From NCBI RefSeq assembly GCF_006345805.1, contig NC_043005.1:43772001-43836000 (forward strand): DNA of 64,000 nucleotides, in the 5' to 3' direction. The stretch comes from Octopus sinensis (Eukaryota). Made by a program: the position numbers and the translations under genes. Shown piece after piece: positions 1 to 12,377 of the stretch. Below the pieces are notes generated by a model. The model was not told the DNA's origin and searched no databases. It was given only the letters and a program-made list of their open reading frames with translations. Numbering within the stretch: position 1 is the first letter of the stretch; every line of letters begins with the position of its first letter.

Positions 1-231
1 GTTTTAATATGTTAAAAACGTTAAACCAAGTATTTATGAGAACCTTGTATAAACCTGACACAACTTGAGATTATGCACACCTTGGAAGGCCATGACAAAA
101 ACTTCCTTATTTAAAAATGATAACATCTAATTCAATGGAAAATCAATATTTCAGAAATAAAATCAATTTTAAATATATACATTAGGAAAAAAAAAATTCC
201 TGAAATTCTCTTAGAACAAATAAGCATTTCA

Positions 232-358
232 ATGACGACAACGACAATGATGATGATGATGATGTTGATTATGATGACGACAATGATGATGATGATGATG
301 ATGATGATGATGTCGACGATGATGTTGATGATGATGATTATGATGATTATGATGATAA
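232..358. repeat. (GAT/GAC)n trinucleotide microsatellite
   Basis: Direct reading; accounts for the poly-Met ORF 232..426. Confidence 0.95.
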
Positions 359-787
359 TACAGCTCTTTAATCAGATAAACAGATTAGAAAATCTCTTGT
401 TAAGCCTTAGGGTTTTACCATGTTAATGGAGTATCTGCTGCAAAAGGGAAGATGCAGATCAATGCTGTCATGCTTATAGTTTGAAAGGATAAGCAAGTAA
501 TCCCAGAAAAGATACAATACAATAACATATTAAACCCATACTTTGGCTTAGTTCATCTAAAGCTTAGTCTGAAGAATTCAACTTGCACTATATAAATTTA
601 GCTTTTGCTGAAAACACAAATATTACTTTCAATTCTTGCAGTAAAGATGTAAGTCAATGTTAATCTGAAGATTATCAGGAAAGCAACTTCTTACCAAACT
701 GGCTGTTAAGAAATTATAATTGCATTCTTAGGGACCATTCAGGAGATAGAATCACAAATGTAAAAGCTGGAAATATAAACGTTTTAC

Positions 788-824
<37 letters not shown>

Positions 825-836
825 TATATATACACA

Positions 837-894
<58 letters not shown>

Positions 895-932
895 TATATC
901 ATTACTTCTATAGATATGTTTGTATGTATGTA

Positions 933-1022
<90 letters not shown>

Positions 1023-1239
1023 CAGATATGTATTTATATATATATTTTTATATATGTATGTATGTGTATGTGTTTATTTTTTATTCAAACTGCAAAATTA
1101 TCAAACAACTAATACTCCGAGTTTCATGCTTCCTTTCATCAGACAGTTGTAATAAATACATATCTTTGGTATTCAAGTACTATTTATTCAACCCTGTTTT
1201 TGCACCTATGTAGTCACCTGTATATATATAAACAAAGCT

Positions 1240-1370
1240 AGTTGCACATGGCTCCGGGTTCAGTCCCAGTACATGGCATCTTGGCGAAGTGTCTTCTACT
1301 ATAGCCTCAGGCTGACCGAAGCCTTGTGAGTGGATTTGGTCAATGGAAACTGAAAGAAGCCTGTCGTATG

Positions 1371-1404
<34 letters not shown>

Positions 1405-1585
1405 AACCCCCAACGTTGCTTGACAACTGTTGTTGTTGTGTTTACGTGCCTGTAACTTAGTGGTTCAGCAAAAGAGACTGATAGAATAAATACTAGGCTT
1501 ACAAAGAATAAGTTCTGGGATCGATTTGCTCGACTAAAAGGCGGTGCTCAAGCATGGCCACAGTCAAATGACTGAAACAAATGAT
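1240..1585 (+). mobile_element. tRNA-derived SINE, family A (octopus OR/CORE-like), 5'-eroded
   Basis: ggttcagtccc B-box, cttggcgaagtgtcttctactatagcc core, internal (TG)n, tail ggcggtgctcaagcatggccacagtcaaatgactgaaac; about 15 related copies in the window. Confidence 0.85.
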
Positions 1586-3229
1586 ATATATATATGTGTG
1601 TGTGTGTGTGTATAAACAGCTTAGAAGATTAAGTAAATGTCCTTAGAAGACAGAAAAAGTGGCCAGCAAGCTGTTCCAGACCATCAAAGCTTGTACTTTT
1701 GAAATTTCAGCTGAGATATTTACCCAATCTTCTAAGCTGTTTTTACAGCTATTCTGCATATGAAATTTACTTTATTTTCATTCACTCAGTGCTTCTAAGT
1801 TTGTTTATAAAAAGAAACAAAACCGTTCTCACATTCTAAAAGCTATTATTTAACCTTATAAAAAGATGATATTAGTCGTCAGCGGTTGCTTAGCTTAGTG
1901 GTACAGAGCATTAAGGTGGAAATTGGGAGGTGCAGGGCTTGAGCCCATATAATAGCTTGCTGGATACTTCTTTTTCCATCTTCTGAAGGTATTTATCTGA
2001 TCTTCTAAGCTGTTTTGCAGTTATTATTCTGTGTTTGAGAGTTACTTTATTTTCTACTAAATACCAACACCCTTGGTGCTTCTAAGTTTGTTTATAAAAT
2101 ATGTGTGTATGTATGTAGTTACAATTCTAAAGGAACATGCAGTGAGAATCATGCATAGAGGCCAGTTGTCTTTTGTTTATACATCACAACTAACATACCT
2201 CACACCAAAACAGAGGCACACACACAAACACATGCACAGAGTTGTACACATCTACGAAACTTGAATTTTATAGGTCTTAGTTCTTTTTATATTATTTTAC
2301 ATCTATGATGAAAAGTTTGCTTCAAGTAAATATCAACAAGTAAACTAAAGCAACAGGTGGTTGGTTAGAGAACCCAATGGCAATATTTGTTCAACATTTT
2401 GTTACAAACTCTCCCTTATCATTCTTGCTGCCAAAAATGAAATGTAGTGAATTAATCATTGACCTGGGGTAATCCATAACAAATGACTAAGTAAATGAGC
2501 AAAACAAATAAATGAATGAACCAATAAATAAATAAATAAATAAATAAATAAAAGTTGAAGATTTATTCTCAAGACATCATGTTTAACTCTATATTCCATG
2601 CTTTAAAAATACATCTGTCATTAATTCTATTTTGCAATATCTGTGATGTGATTGTTAAAGGTTACACTTGTTGCATTTGTTGCTTCAAAACCTAACTTGT
2701 CTTGTTTTACTTGTTGGTCATCTCGTCAGGACAGAGTTTGGTTTTTGAATGAAGATAATTTTCAAAATTTTTTGTATATTTAAGTTCTACAATTTTGTTT
2801 AGAATGATTAACATTATTTTCTTTTTTTTGTTATATTCTTTTATTGTGTATTTGTTGTCACCCATGATTGACCAGAAATATCATAACATGCTATACAAGT
2901 TATGACCATCCGATATTTTTACAAGAGAAATTTGGGGGATCTTTCCAGCAAGTTGCTGGTCTTAGAAGTCAGAATGGTGTGAGTGTGTGTGTCTCTGTGT
3001 ACGTCTCTATGTGTGTGTGTATAAACATGTGTTTGTATTTATGTGTTGGGGCCGTTTTTGACCGGTCCCAGAGTTTATTGTGGTGTATGTAAATGTGACT
3101 GTATGTGTTTTATATTTTGTAGGTGTGTGTATGTGTGCCCGTTTGTGTGTATATGTGTGCACGTTTGTGTGTGTGTGTATGTGTGTGATTAATATTTGTT
3201 AAGGTGTTGTGTGTGCACAAGTGTGTGTA

Positions 3230-3422
3230 TGTGAACTTTCATTTGCACCCATCATCAGAAGTGCATTAGGTTATGTACATACAAATTTGCACAAAAACGT
3301 AGAAACACTTGGTATCACAGAAAAAGAACAAAAGAAACTGATGCGGATTCTCCAAAACCAATCTATTAGTGGCACTGTGAAGATCAGTAAGATATTTCAG
3401 AAATTGAGATTCTTATGTGAAT
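3230..3422 (+). mobile_element. 3' end relic of an RLE-type (R4/Dong/NeSL-like) non-LTR retrotransposon ORF
   Basis: FAPIIRSALGYVHTNLHKNVETLGITEKEQKKLMRILQNQSISGTVKISKIF resembles the RLE C-terminal pattern P(I/V)xxGALG...LxxLG...LQxxxxxGTxKI. Confidence 0.6.
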
Positions 3423-3699
3423 AGATACACGCACTTGGATGTATGCATCGACAGTTCAACCAACACATATTCACAAAAACTGGGAACTCTCTTGAATCAA
3501 AAAGCCTTGTTGTTTTGTTGGCAACCAGCTTGAACTCTCTGAAGAAAAGCTTAAATTAAACCTGAAGAAAAATATACATACATATATTCATATCTATCAT
3601 ATCATAACATAACATATATCATACCTTTTGTTTAAATTCATTCATTTTCACTTCATCCTTATAGAAACTTTTACTGATGAGCTTGTGTGGAGAAACTCA

Positions 3700-4170
3700 T
3701 GGATAATTTTTCCTTGGGGTATTGAAATCAGACTTCTGTACTACATGCTAGAAATAATTTCTCAAGGATAATAAAATATTGTAGTTCTCACTTGAAGAAT
3801 CAAAAAATTTCAGCATACTCTACATAGTGAGACGTTATATTTACCTGTGAGCTGATTGGCCTAATAAAGTAACCGTGTGTTCTGCTTTGTATTAATGTCA
3901 GATATTTGTGCTTCTGTGTATTCATTGGCCATGAGTGTGACTATTTTAACTTTGTTATTTACTGCAATATCACACTTAATGAATTTAAGTTTGGTTTTAA
4001 GTTCAGATGTAGGATCACTTTTGATTGGAGAGCATTTTGTTCTGTCATTTAGAATGTTGTACAATTTAGTGATGTAGTTGCTTGAGTGAAATTTAATAAA
4101 TGTAGTTGACATATCTGTCTTACTGATGCTGGTGTCTTTGCTTCATTGTGTGCAAGTTCGTGGAGAGGAG
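3700..4170 (-). mobile_element. Degenerate Penelope-like element RT N-terminal relic
   Basis: KDTSISKTDMSTTFIKFHSSNYITKLYNILNDRTKCSPIKSDPTSELKTKL (cf. PLE KADKG...DYxxK..L.D...DPT) and, after a frameshift, IRPISSQVN (RPIIS motif). Confidence 0.55.
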
Positions 4171-4274
4171 AACTTGTTTGAAATTCTTTTTCAGTGGAAC
4201 ACTCTTGAAAGAGAAACTGCACCTCATTTAGTCAAATACACATACATACATACATAGATGCATACATACATACA

Positions 4275-4305
<31 letters not shown>

Positions 4306-4692
4306 GCAGACATACATATACACACACACATGTAAGTGTGAGTATATATATATACATACATACATTTTATATATATATATATATTATATATATATATATA
4401 TTATATATATATACATTGTTATACATATATGCAGATATCTATCTATCAGTCTACCTACCAATCTATTTATCTCGCTCTCTCTCTCTTTCGGTATATATAT
4501 ATATGTATATATATGACACCATAAAATAATTACAGGTGACACAATTTGAATTGGAATTATTCAACTTAAGTTAGATTACACCACCTGTTATTTAAACTTA
4601 TTGTGTTACAGTACTTTATCTAAGTGTTGAACACTACACAACTTTGTAGCTTATTTGTAAATTATTACAAAGAATTTATTATTATTACATAC

Positions 4693-4880
4693 AAAGGCGA
4701 CGAGCTGGCAGAATCATTAGCATATCCGACAAAATGCAAACTGCATCTTTACTGCCTCAGTACATTCTAAGTTCAAATTCTACCTAGGTTGACTTTTTTT
4801 TTTGGAGTTGATAAAATAAGTACCAGTTGATGTTATCAACTAGACTATCCCCTTAAAATTTCAGTCTTTGTGTCTATATT
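4693..4880 (+). mobile_element. tRNA-derived SINE, family B (ggcgacgagctggcagaatc head)
   Basis: A-box, gttcaaattc B-box, aggttgactt...gataaaataagtacc central domain; related copies at 6160-6440, 15520-15625 (partial) and 41573-41790. Confidence 0.75.
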
Positions 4881-4924
4881 AGAAAGGATTATTTTCACAT
4901 CCATGCATATATACACACAAACAC

Positions 4925-5146
4925 AAATGAAAGGGTGCTGAAAAGTTCCTAGCTTTAAGGGTATTGCAAAAAGCCTGGCTGGAGGCTCAACCTTCTGAGG
5001 TCTTTTACAGGGTTTAGAAAAACTGAAGGACCGCTGCAATAAGTGTGTGGATTTGAGAGGGGAATATGTTTAGTAAAATCATAATTAACTGATTCTCCTG
5101 TATTTTCTTTTAATTAAAGTTAGGAACTTTTCAGCACACCCTCGTA
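4925..5146. mobile_element. mariner-derived MITE
   Basis: TIR remnants (gggtgctgaaaagttcct ... aggaacttttcagcacaccctcgta); internal GLEKLKDRCNKCVDLRGEYV is a mariner transposase C-terminus; sister copies 7353-7544 and 11510-11710. Confidence 0.8.
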
Positions 5147-5210
5147 CACGTATATTTATTAAATACGTACAAATATTTACAATCATGCATATATGCATGT
5201 GTGCATGTGA

Positions 5211-5247
<37 letters not shown>

Positions 5248-5528
5248 TGTGTGTGTGTGTGTGTGAGTGTGTGTGAGTGTGTGTGTGTGTGTACATTGAA
5301 AAGAACAAGAAGAAATGGGGATGTAGAACTCTCAGGTTGTAGTAATAGTCATAAGCTCAGAGAAAGAGGATACTGGAGGTGCAAGTGCAACCACTAAAAT
5401 ATTGTGTGGGGCAAAAATCTTTGAACATCCTCCTGAAAATCTTCATTGATAAGACGAATGAGCATAGAAACATTTTTGGACTAATTTGAAATTATATATA
5501 CATACACATATATTTATACATATATATA

Positions 5529-5925
5529 GGCATAGGAGTGGCTGTGTGTTAAGTAGCTTGCTTACGAATCACATGGTTCCGGGTTCAGTCCCACTGTGTG
5601 GCATCTTGGGCAAGTGTCTTCTGCTATAGCCTAAGGCCGACCAAAGCTTTGTTAGTGGATTTGGTAGACGGAAACTGAGAGAAGCCCGTCATATATATGT
5701 ATATATATATGTGTATGTTTGTGTGTTGCTTTTGCCCCCTCCCCCAACATCACTTGACAACCGTTGCTGGTGTGTTTACGTCCCCGTAACTTAGCAGTTC
5801 GGCAAAAGAGACTGATAGAATAAGTACTAGGCTTACAAAGATTAAGTCCTGGGGTCGATTTGCTCGACTAAAGGCGGTGCTCCAGCATGGCCACAGTCAA
5901 ATGACTGAAATAAGTAAATGAAAAT
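5529..5925 (+). mobile_element. SINE family A, near full length
   Basis: tRNA-like head ggctgtgtgttaagtag...ggttccgggttcagtccc, core, internal (TA)(TG) tract, conserved tail. Confidence 0.9.
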
Positions 5926-6159
5926 ATATAAACTTACTTATATATGTGCATATATATTTGTATATATATTATTAATATACATATACATATATAAACTTAC
6001 TTATATATGTGTATGCATATTTATACATCTATATATATAAACTTACTTATATATGTGTATATATATATTCCTTTTTATTATTTTATTCTTTTAATCTTTT
6101 ACTTGTTTTAGTCATTTACCTGCAGCCAGTTATCATAATCATTATTACACCTGCATTTA

Positions 6160-6440
6160 AGGTGACAAGCTGGCAGAATTGCTAGCACACCAGCCAAAAT
6201 GCTTAGCAACATTTTGTCAATCTTTACATCCAGAGTTCAAATTCCACTGAGGTCAACTTTACCTTTCTTCCTTTCAAGATTGATAAAAAAAAAGTACATG
6301 CTGAGCACTGGCGGCTATTTAATTGACTTATTACCTTCCTGAAAATCAATAATAATATTGGTTCTAAAATTGACACAGTGTCAGCAATTCTGGGAGAGGA
6401 GATAAGTTGATTATATTGACCCCAGTGCACAAATGGTACT
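6160..6440 (+). mobile_element. SINE family B
   Basis: ggtgacaagctggcagaattgctagcac...gagttcaaattccactgaggtcaactttacctttc; similar to 4693 and 41573. Confidence 0.7.
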
Positions 6441-6676
6441 TATTTAATAGATCCTAAAAGGATAAAGGCAAAATTTTATCATCCCCGAAAGGATGAAGGG
6501 CAGAATTTGAACTCAGAACATGAAGCTGGACGAAATGTTGCTAAGCATTTTGCCCAGCATGATTACAATTCAGCCATCTTGCCACCTTCCATCATACTAA
6601 AATTAATTGACCAATTATGAACACCCAATCAGAACAACCAATATATATAAAAAACATTCAACCCAATATATATGTA

Positions 6677-6785
6677 AGATCGAGAAATGGACCTTTTTAA
6701 AAGCAAAAACCAACACACATTTTGTGAAATCTCTTCCTAAGGGTTATTGTCTTTCTACTTTCTAAAAAGGTTCTTTTCTCGATCT
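6677..6785. mobile_element. 109-bp MITE with ~23-bp TIRs and TA flanks
   Basis: Left agatcgagaaatggaccttttta versus right taaaaaggttcttttctcgatct (near-perfect inverted repeats); TA at 6675-6676 and 6786-6787. Confidence 0.7.
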
Positions 6786-6856
6786 TAACTCCTTGAGAAA
6801 AAATCTTCTCTCCAAATATTATAACTGTATCAAGGAATTTCCAAAGCACTCCAAAT

Positions 6857-6899
<43 letters not shown>

Positions 6900-7126
6900 T
6901 TTATTTAAAGCAGCAGAAAATTCAACATATATGCATGTGTGTATATTATATAAATACATATGTAAATATATACATGACCTTGATGGTCCACTGGCACTAA
7001 TCAGTCAATGCTGTTGACTGTATCTTAGTTAAAGCTATAGCTTTATTAGGTCTGTCCAGACTTGCCTCTCTTCAATAATTTCCATTGATAATGGCTAAGA
7101 AGCTAAAAACATCAATGTCTGGAAAT

Positions 7127-7142
7127 CCAGCAGGTGGCAGCA
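7127..7142 (+). promoter_or_regulatory. CTCF-like motif candidate CCAGCAGGTGGCAGCA
   Basis: Close match to the bilaterian CTCF core in unique, non-repeat DNA; motif match only. Confidence 0.3.
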
Positions 7143-7352
7143 CTGGACAGATATGATGTTTTTAAACCTATTTTTTTTACCATAAGAGAGAAATTTTTCT
7201 CCGCGGTCACTGCAGTGAATTTGCCTTTAGCACTTGAAATATGTCACAAAGATATTTTAACTAATCTAAAGTTTGCTTATGCCTACACACTGCTAGCCTC
7301 TGATATTACTGTAATATATATATATATATATAATATATATATATATATACAC

Positions 7353-7544
7353 GTACAAGGGGGCACTGAAAAGTTTCTGGTGTTAAGGATATCATGAAAG
7401 GCATGATTAGAGAACCAACTGTTTGAGTTCTTTTACAAGGCTTAGAAAAACTGAAGGACCATTAAAAAAAGTGTACGAATCTGAAACTGACCCTCCTGTA
7501 TTTTCTTTTACGCAAAGCCAGGAACTTTTTCCGTGCAACCTTGT
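7353..7544. mobile_element. mariner-derived MITE, copy 2 (internally deleted)
   Basis: tacaagggggcactgaaaagtttc ... ggaactttttccgtgcaaccttgta with ggcttagaaaaactgaagga inside. Confidence 0.75.
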
Positions 7545-7561
7545 ATGTATGTATATGTATG

Positions 7562-7593
<32 letters not shown>

Positions 7594-7619
7594 TGTATGT
7601 ATGTATGTATGTATGTATG

Positions 7620-7651
<32 letters not shown>

Positions 7652-7843
7652 TGTATGTACGTATGTATGTATGTATCAGACAACAACCTCATAAATGGAA
7701 TCATGTCAGTGACCAGGCTGCAGTTTGTGTGATGAAAATTTTGATGCCAATTTATAAATGCTTAAGTGAAGTCAACAGATTTTGTGCGTTTTTGAATGAC
7801 TAATATGTGTCACATACATATATATTATATATGTATATATATG

Positions 7844-7881
<38 letters not shown>

Positions 7882-7882
7882 A

Positions 7883-7920
<38 letters not shown>

Positions 7921-7928
7921 GTATTATA

Positions 7929-7969
<41 letters not shown>

Positions 7970-7984
7970 TATATATTTATATAT

Positions 7985-10900
7985 AAGCTATGGACACATA
8001 AGAGGTGCAGCAATGTCAAAGGAAGGCTAACTAGGAAAATAGTTTTTGTCTGTGGCAAATGCTCAGGAGCAATAAACACTGGAAATATGCAGAGACCAAC
8101 TTCTGCCACGTTCCAGGGAGACAAACTAGAAGTAGTTGATAGCTTCCGCTACCTAGGAGACCAAGTCAGTAGCGGGGGTGGGTGTGCTGAAAGTGTAACT
8201 GCTAGAGTAAGAATAGCCTGGGCAAAGTTTAGAGAGCTCTTACCCCTGCTGGTGACAAAAGGCCTCTCGCTCAGAGTAAAAGGCAGACTGTATGATGCAT
8301 GTGTACGTACAGCCATGCTACATGGTAGTGAAACATGGGCCGTGACTGCTGAGGATATGCGTAAGCTCGCAAGAAATGAAGCCAGTATGCTCCGATGGAT
8401 GTGTAATGTCAGTGTTCATAATCGTCAGAGTGTAAGTTCCTTGAGAGAAAAGTTGAACCTAAGAAGCGTCAGTTGTGGCGTGCAAGAGAGACGGCTGCGC
8501 TGGTATGGTCATGTGATGAGAAAGGCTGAAGATAGTTGTGTGCAAAAGTGCTACACCCTAGCAGTTGAGGGAACCTGTGGAAGAGGTAGACCCAGGAAAA
8601 CCTGGGACGAGGTGGTGAAGCACGACCTTCGAACTTTAGGTCTCACTAAGGAAATGTCTAGAGACCGAGACCTATGGAAGTATGCTGTGCGTGAGAAGAC
8701 CCGGCAAGACTAGTCAGGCCATAACCTGTGGCCCCTACCTGGGACGTAGTCAGTCCTCCTGTGCATACCTTCCTTCTTGTGACACTTATGAAGACCTGTT
8801 GAGGCAAGTGAAAATCAAATCAAAACAAATCAAAATAGATGAACATCAGTGGAATTGTATTCTTTGTGGTACCAGTGCCGGTGGCACACAAGAAAACCAC
8901 CCAAACGTGGCCGTAGCCAGTACCGCATCGACTGGCCTCCGTGCTGTGGGCACAACAAACACCATCCGATCGTGGCCGTTCGCCAGCCTCATCTGGCACC
9001 TGTGTCGGTGGCACATAAAGACACCATCCGAAGACCCGGCGACGTAGTCAGTCCACCTGTGCATACCTTCCCTCTTATGACACTTGTGAAGACCTGTTGA
9101 GGCAAGTGTGTGACACTTGTGAAGACCTGTTGAGGCAGAGGAAAGTGTGTGACACGTGTCGGTGGCACATAAAGACACCATCCGAAGACCCGGCGACGTA
9201 GTCAGTCCACCTGTGCATACCTTCCCTCTTATGACACTTGTGAAGACCTGTTGAGGCAAGTGTGTGACACTTGTGAAGACCTGTTGAGGCAGAGGCAAGT
9301 GTGTGACACTTGTGGAGACCTGTTGAGGCAAGTGTGTGACCCTTGTGAAGACCTGTTGAGGCAAGTGAAAATCAAACCAAATCAAAATAGATGAACATCA
9401 ATGGAATTTGTATCTTTGTGGTTCCAGTACCGGTGGCACACAAGAAAACCATCCGAATGTGGCCGTAGCCAGTACCGCATCGACTGGCCTCCGTGCTGTG
9501 GGCACAACAAACACCATCTGATCGTGACCGCATCGACTGGCCTCCGTGCTGTGGGCACAACAAACACCATCTGATCGTGGCCGTTCGCCAGCCTCATCTG
9601 GCACCTGTGTCGGTGGCACATAAAAACACCATCCGAAGACCCGGCGACGTAGTCAGTCCACCTGTGCATACCTTCCCTCTTATGACACTTGTGAAGACCT
9701 GTTGAGGCAAGTGTGTGACACTTTGTGAAGACCTGTTGAGGCAGAGGCAAGTGTGTGACACTTGTGGAGACCTGTTGAGGCAAGTGTGTGACACGTGTGA
9801 CACTTGTGAAGACCTGTTGAGGCAAGTGAAAATCAAACCAAATCAAAATAGATGAACATCAATGGAATTTGTATCTTTGTGGTTCCAGTACCGGTGGCAC
9901 ACAAGAAAACCATCCGATCGTGGCCGTTCACCAGCCTCATCTGGCACCTGTGTCGGTGGCACATAAAAACACCATCCGAAGACCTGGCGACGTAGTCAGT
10001 CCACCTGTGCATACCTTCCTACTTATGACACTTGTGAAGACCTGTTGAGGCAAGTGTGTGACACTTGTGTAGACCTGTTGAGGCAAGTGAAAATCAAAAA
10101 TCAAATCAAAATCAAATCAAATCAAATCAAAATAGATGAACATCAATGGAATTTGTATCTTTGTGGTACCAGTACCGGTGGCACACAAGAAAACCATCCG
10201 AACGTGGCCGTAGCCAGTACCGCATCGACTGGCCTCTGTGATGTGGGCACATAACAAACACCATCCGATCGTGGCCGTCCGCCAGCCTCATCTGGCACCT
10301 GTGTCGGTGGCACATAAAAACACCAACCGAAGACCCGGCAAGACTAGTCAGGCCATAACCCGTGGCCCCTACTTGGGACGTAGTCAGTCCACCTGTGCAT
10401 ACCTTCCTTCCTTCTTGTGACACTTGTGAAGACCTGTGAAGACCTGTTGAGGCAAGTGAAAATCAAATCAAATCAAAATAGATGAACATCAATGGAATTT
10501 GTATCTTTGTGGTACCAGTGCCGGTGGCACACAAGAAAACCATCCGAACGTGGCCGTAGCCAGTACCGCATCGACTGGCCTCCGTGCTGTGGGCACGCAA
10601 CAAACACCATCCGATCGTGGCCGTTCGCCAGCCTCATCTGGCACCTGTGTCGGTGGCACATAAAAACACCATCCGAAGACCCGGCAAGACTAGTCAGGCC
10701 ATAACCCGTGGCCCCTACCTGGGACGTAGTCAGTCCACCTGTGCATACCTTCCTTCTTGTGACACTTGTGAAGACCTGTTGAGGCAAGTGAAAATCAAAT
10801 CAAATCAAAACAAATCAAAATAGATGAACATCAATGGAATTTGTATCTTTGTGGTACCAGTGCCGGTGGCACACAAGAAAATCATCCGAACGTGGCCGTA

Positions 10901-11307
10901 GCCAGTACCGCATCGACTGGCCTCCGTGCTTTGGGGACGTAACAAACACCATCCGATCGTGGCCGTCCGCCAGCCTCATCTGGCACCTGTGTCGGTGGCA
11001 CATAAAAACACCATCCGAGCGTGGCCGTCTGCCAGCCTCGTCTGGCACCTGTGTCGGTGGCACATAAAAACACCATCCGAGCGTGGCCGTTCACCAGCCT
11101 CGTCTGGCACCTGTGTCGGTGGCACATAAAATCACCCACTACACTCTCGGAGTGGTTGGCGTTAGGAAGGGCATCCAGCTGTAGAAACACTGCCAGATCT
11201 GACTGGCCTGGTGCAGCCTTCGGGCTCCCCAGACCCCAGTTGAACCGTCCAACCCATGCTAGCATGGAAAACGGATGCTAAATGATGATGATGATGATGA
11301 TGATGAT
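7985..11307 (+). mobile_element. 5'-truncated RTE-clade LINE: ORF2 C-terminal part (7985-8713), expanded 3'UTR and (GAT)n tail
   Basis: Uninterrupted frame ...VDSFRYLGDQ...LYDACVRTAMLHGSETWAV...RRLRWYGHVMR...GRGRPRKTWDEVV...RDLWK, typical RTE RT thumb/C-terminus; 3' end acccatgctagcatggaaaacggatgctaaa(tga)n; inserted in a (TA)n tract. Confidence 0.93.
8695..11135 (+). repeat. Modular higher-order tandem array inside the RTE 3'UTR
   Basis: Six copies of caaaatagatgaacatc (about 8831, 9383, 9844, 10128, 10474, 10816), nine of gtcggtggcacataaa, and many ~31-bp gtgacacttgtgaagacctgttgaggcaagt subrepeats. Confidence 0.95.
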
Positions 11308-11403
11308 ATATATATTATATATGTATATGTGTATATATATATATAAGTAAATATATATGTCTGTGTGTATATATATATATATATATGTATACACACACAC
11401 ATA

Positions 11404-11500
<97 letters not shown>

Positions 11501-11509
11501 AACACACTC

Positions 11510-11710
11510 ACAAGGGTGTACTGAAAAGTTCCTGGTATCATGAAAGGCCTGGTTGAAGGCCTAAACTTCTGAGTTCTTTTATAAAGCTTAGAAAAACTGA
11601 AGGCCCACTGCAATAACTGAGAGGGGATTATGCTAAATAAAATCATAATTAACTAATCCTCCTGTATTTTCTTTTACTCAGAACTAGAAGCATTTCAGCA
11701 CACACTTGTA
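11510..11710. mobile_element. mariner-derived MITE, copy 3
   Basis: caagggtgtactgaaaagttcctgg ... gaagcattttcagcacacacttgta. Confidence 0.75.
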
Positions 11711-12213
11711 TACATACGATAGGCTTCTTTCAGTTTCCAGCTACTAAATCTGCTCAAAAGGATTTAGTTGTCCTGAAACTGTAGTAGAAGACACTTGTCT
11801 AAAGTGCTACACAGTGGGACTGAACCCAAAACCATGTGACTGGAAATCAAACTACTTACCAAACAGCCACACCTGCAGCTATATATTATATATCTTTCAA
11901 TATTTTGCATTATATATCTGAGACAAAAAACAAAATGCGATATTTTTCACCAAACTTTTTCCTGTGAGAAGAATTTACTGTATATGAACTGATTGCATCT
12001 ACTAACATCTTCATGAAGTTGGATTCCTTTCAAGTCAATATATTTTTTAAATGAGGAATTTTGTAAAATGAATTATCTTGTTATATATATATATATATAT
12101 ATACACACTTACCGATTACTTGGTGCTGATTCTTTTTACAGATGAAGTCAAATTAGATACAGGATAAGTTCATTTTTTGTCAAAAAGGATATATACATAC
12201 TTGCATACATATA

Positions 12214-12300
<87 letters not shown>

Positions 12301-12377
12301 ATGTATGTATGTATGTATATATATGTATAAAGAAGTATACACACACACATATACACATGCATATATATATATATACG

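Noticed and set aside
642-648. 7-nt micro-exon candidate (ttcttgcAG|taaagat|GTAAGT)
   Set aside because: Adjacent splice-like motifs arise by chance in 64 kb, and there is no supporting gene context.
3670-3715. ctgatga...gaaa next to the PLE relic
   Set aside because: Stem II does not close, and there is no stem I or valid cleavage triplet.
8820-11281. Repeat-spacer-like pattern resembling a CRISPR array, and many overlapping ORFs
   Set aside because: The variable parts recur rather than being unique spacers, the context is a eukaryotic LINE 3'UTR, no cas genes are present, and the ORFs come from the GC-rich repeat.
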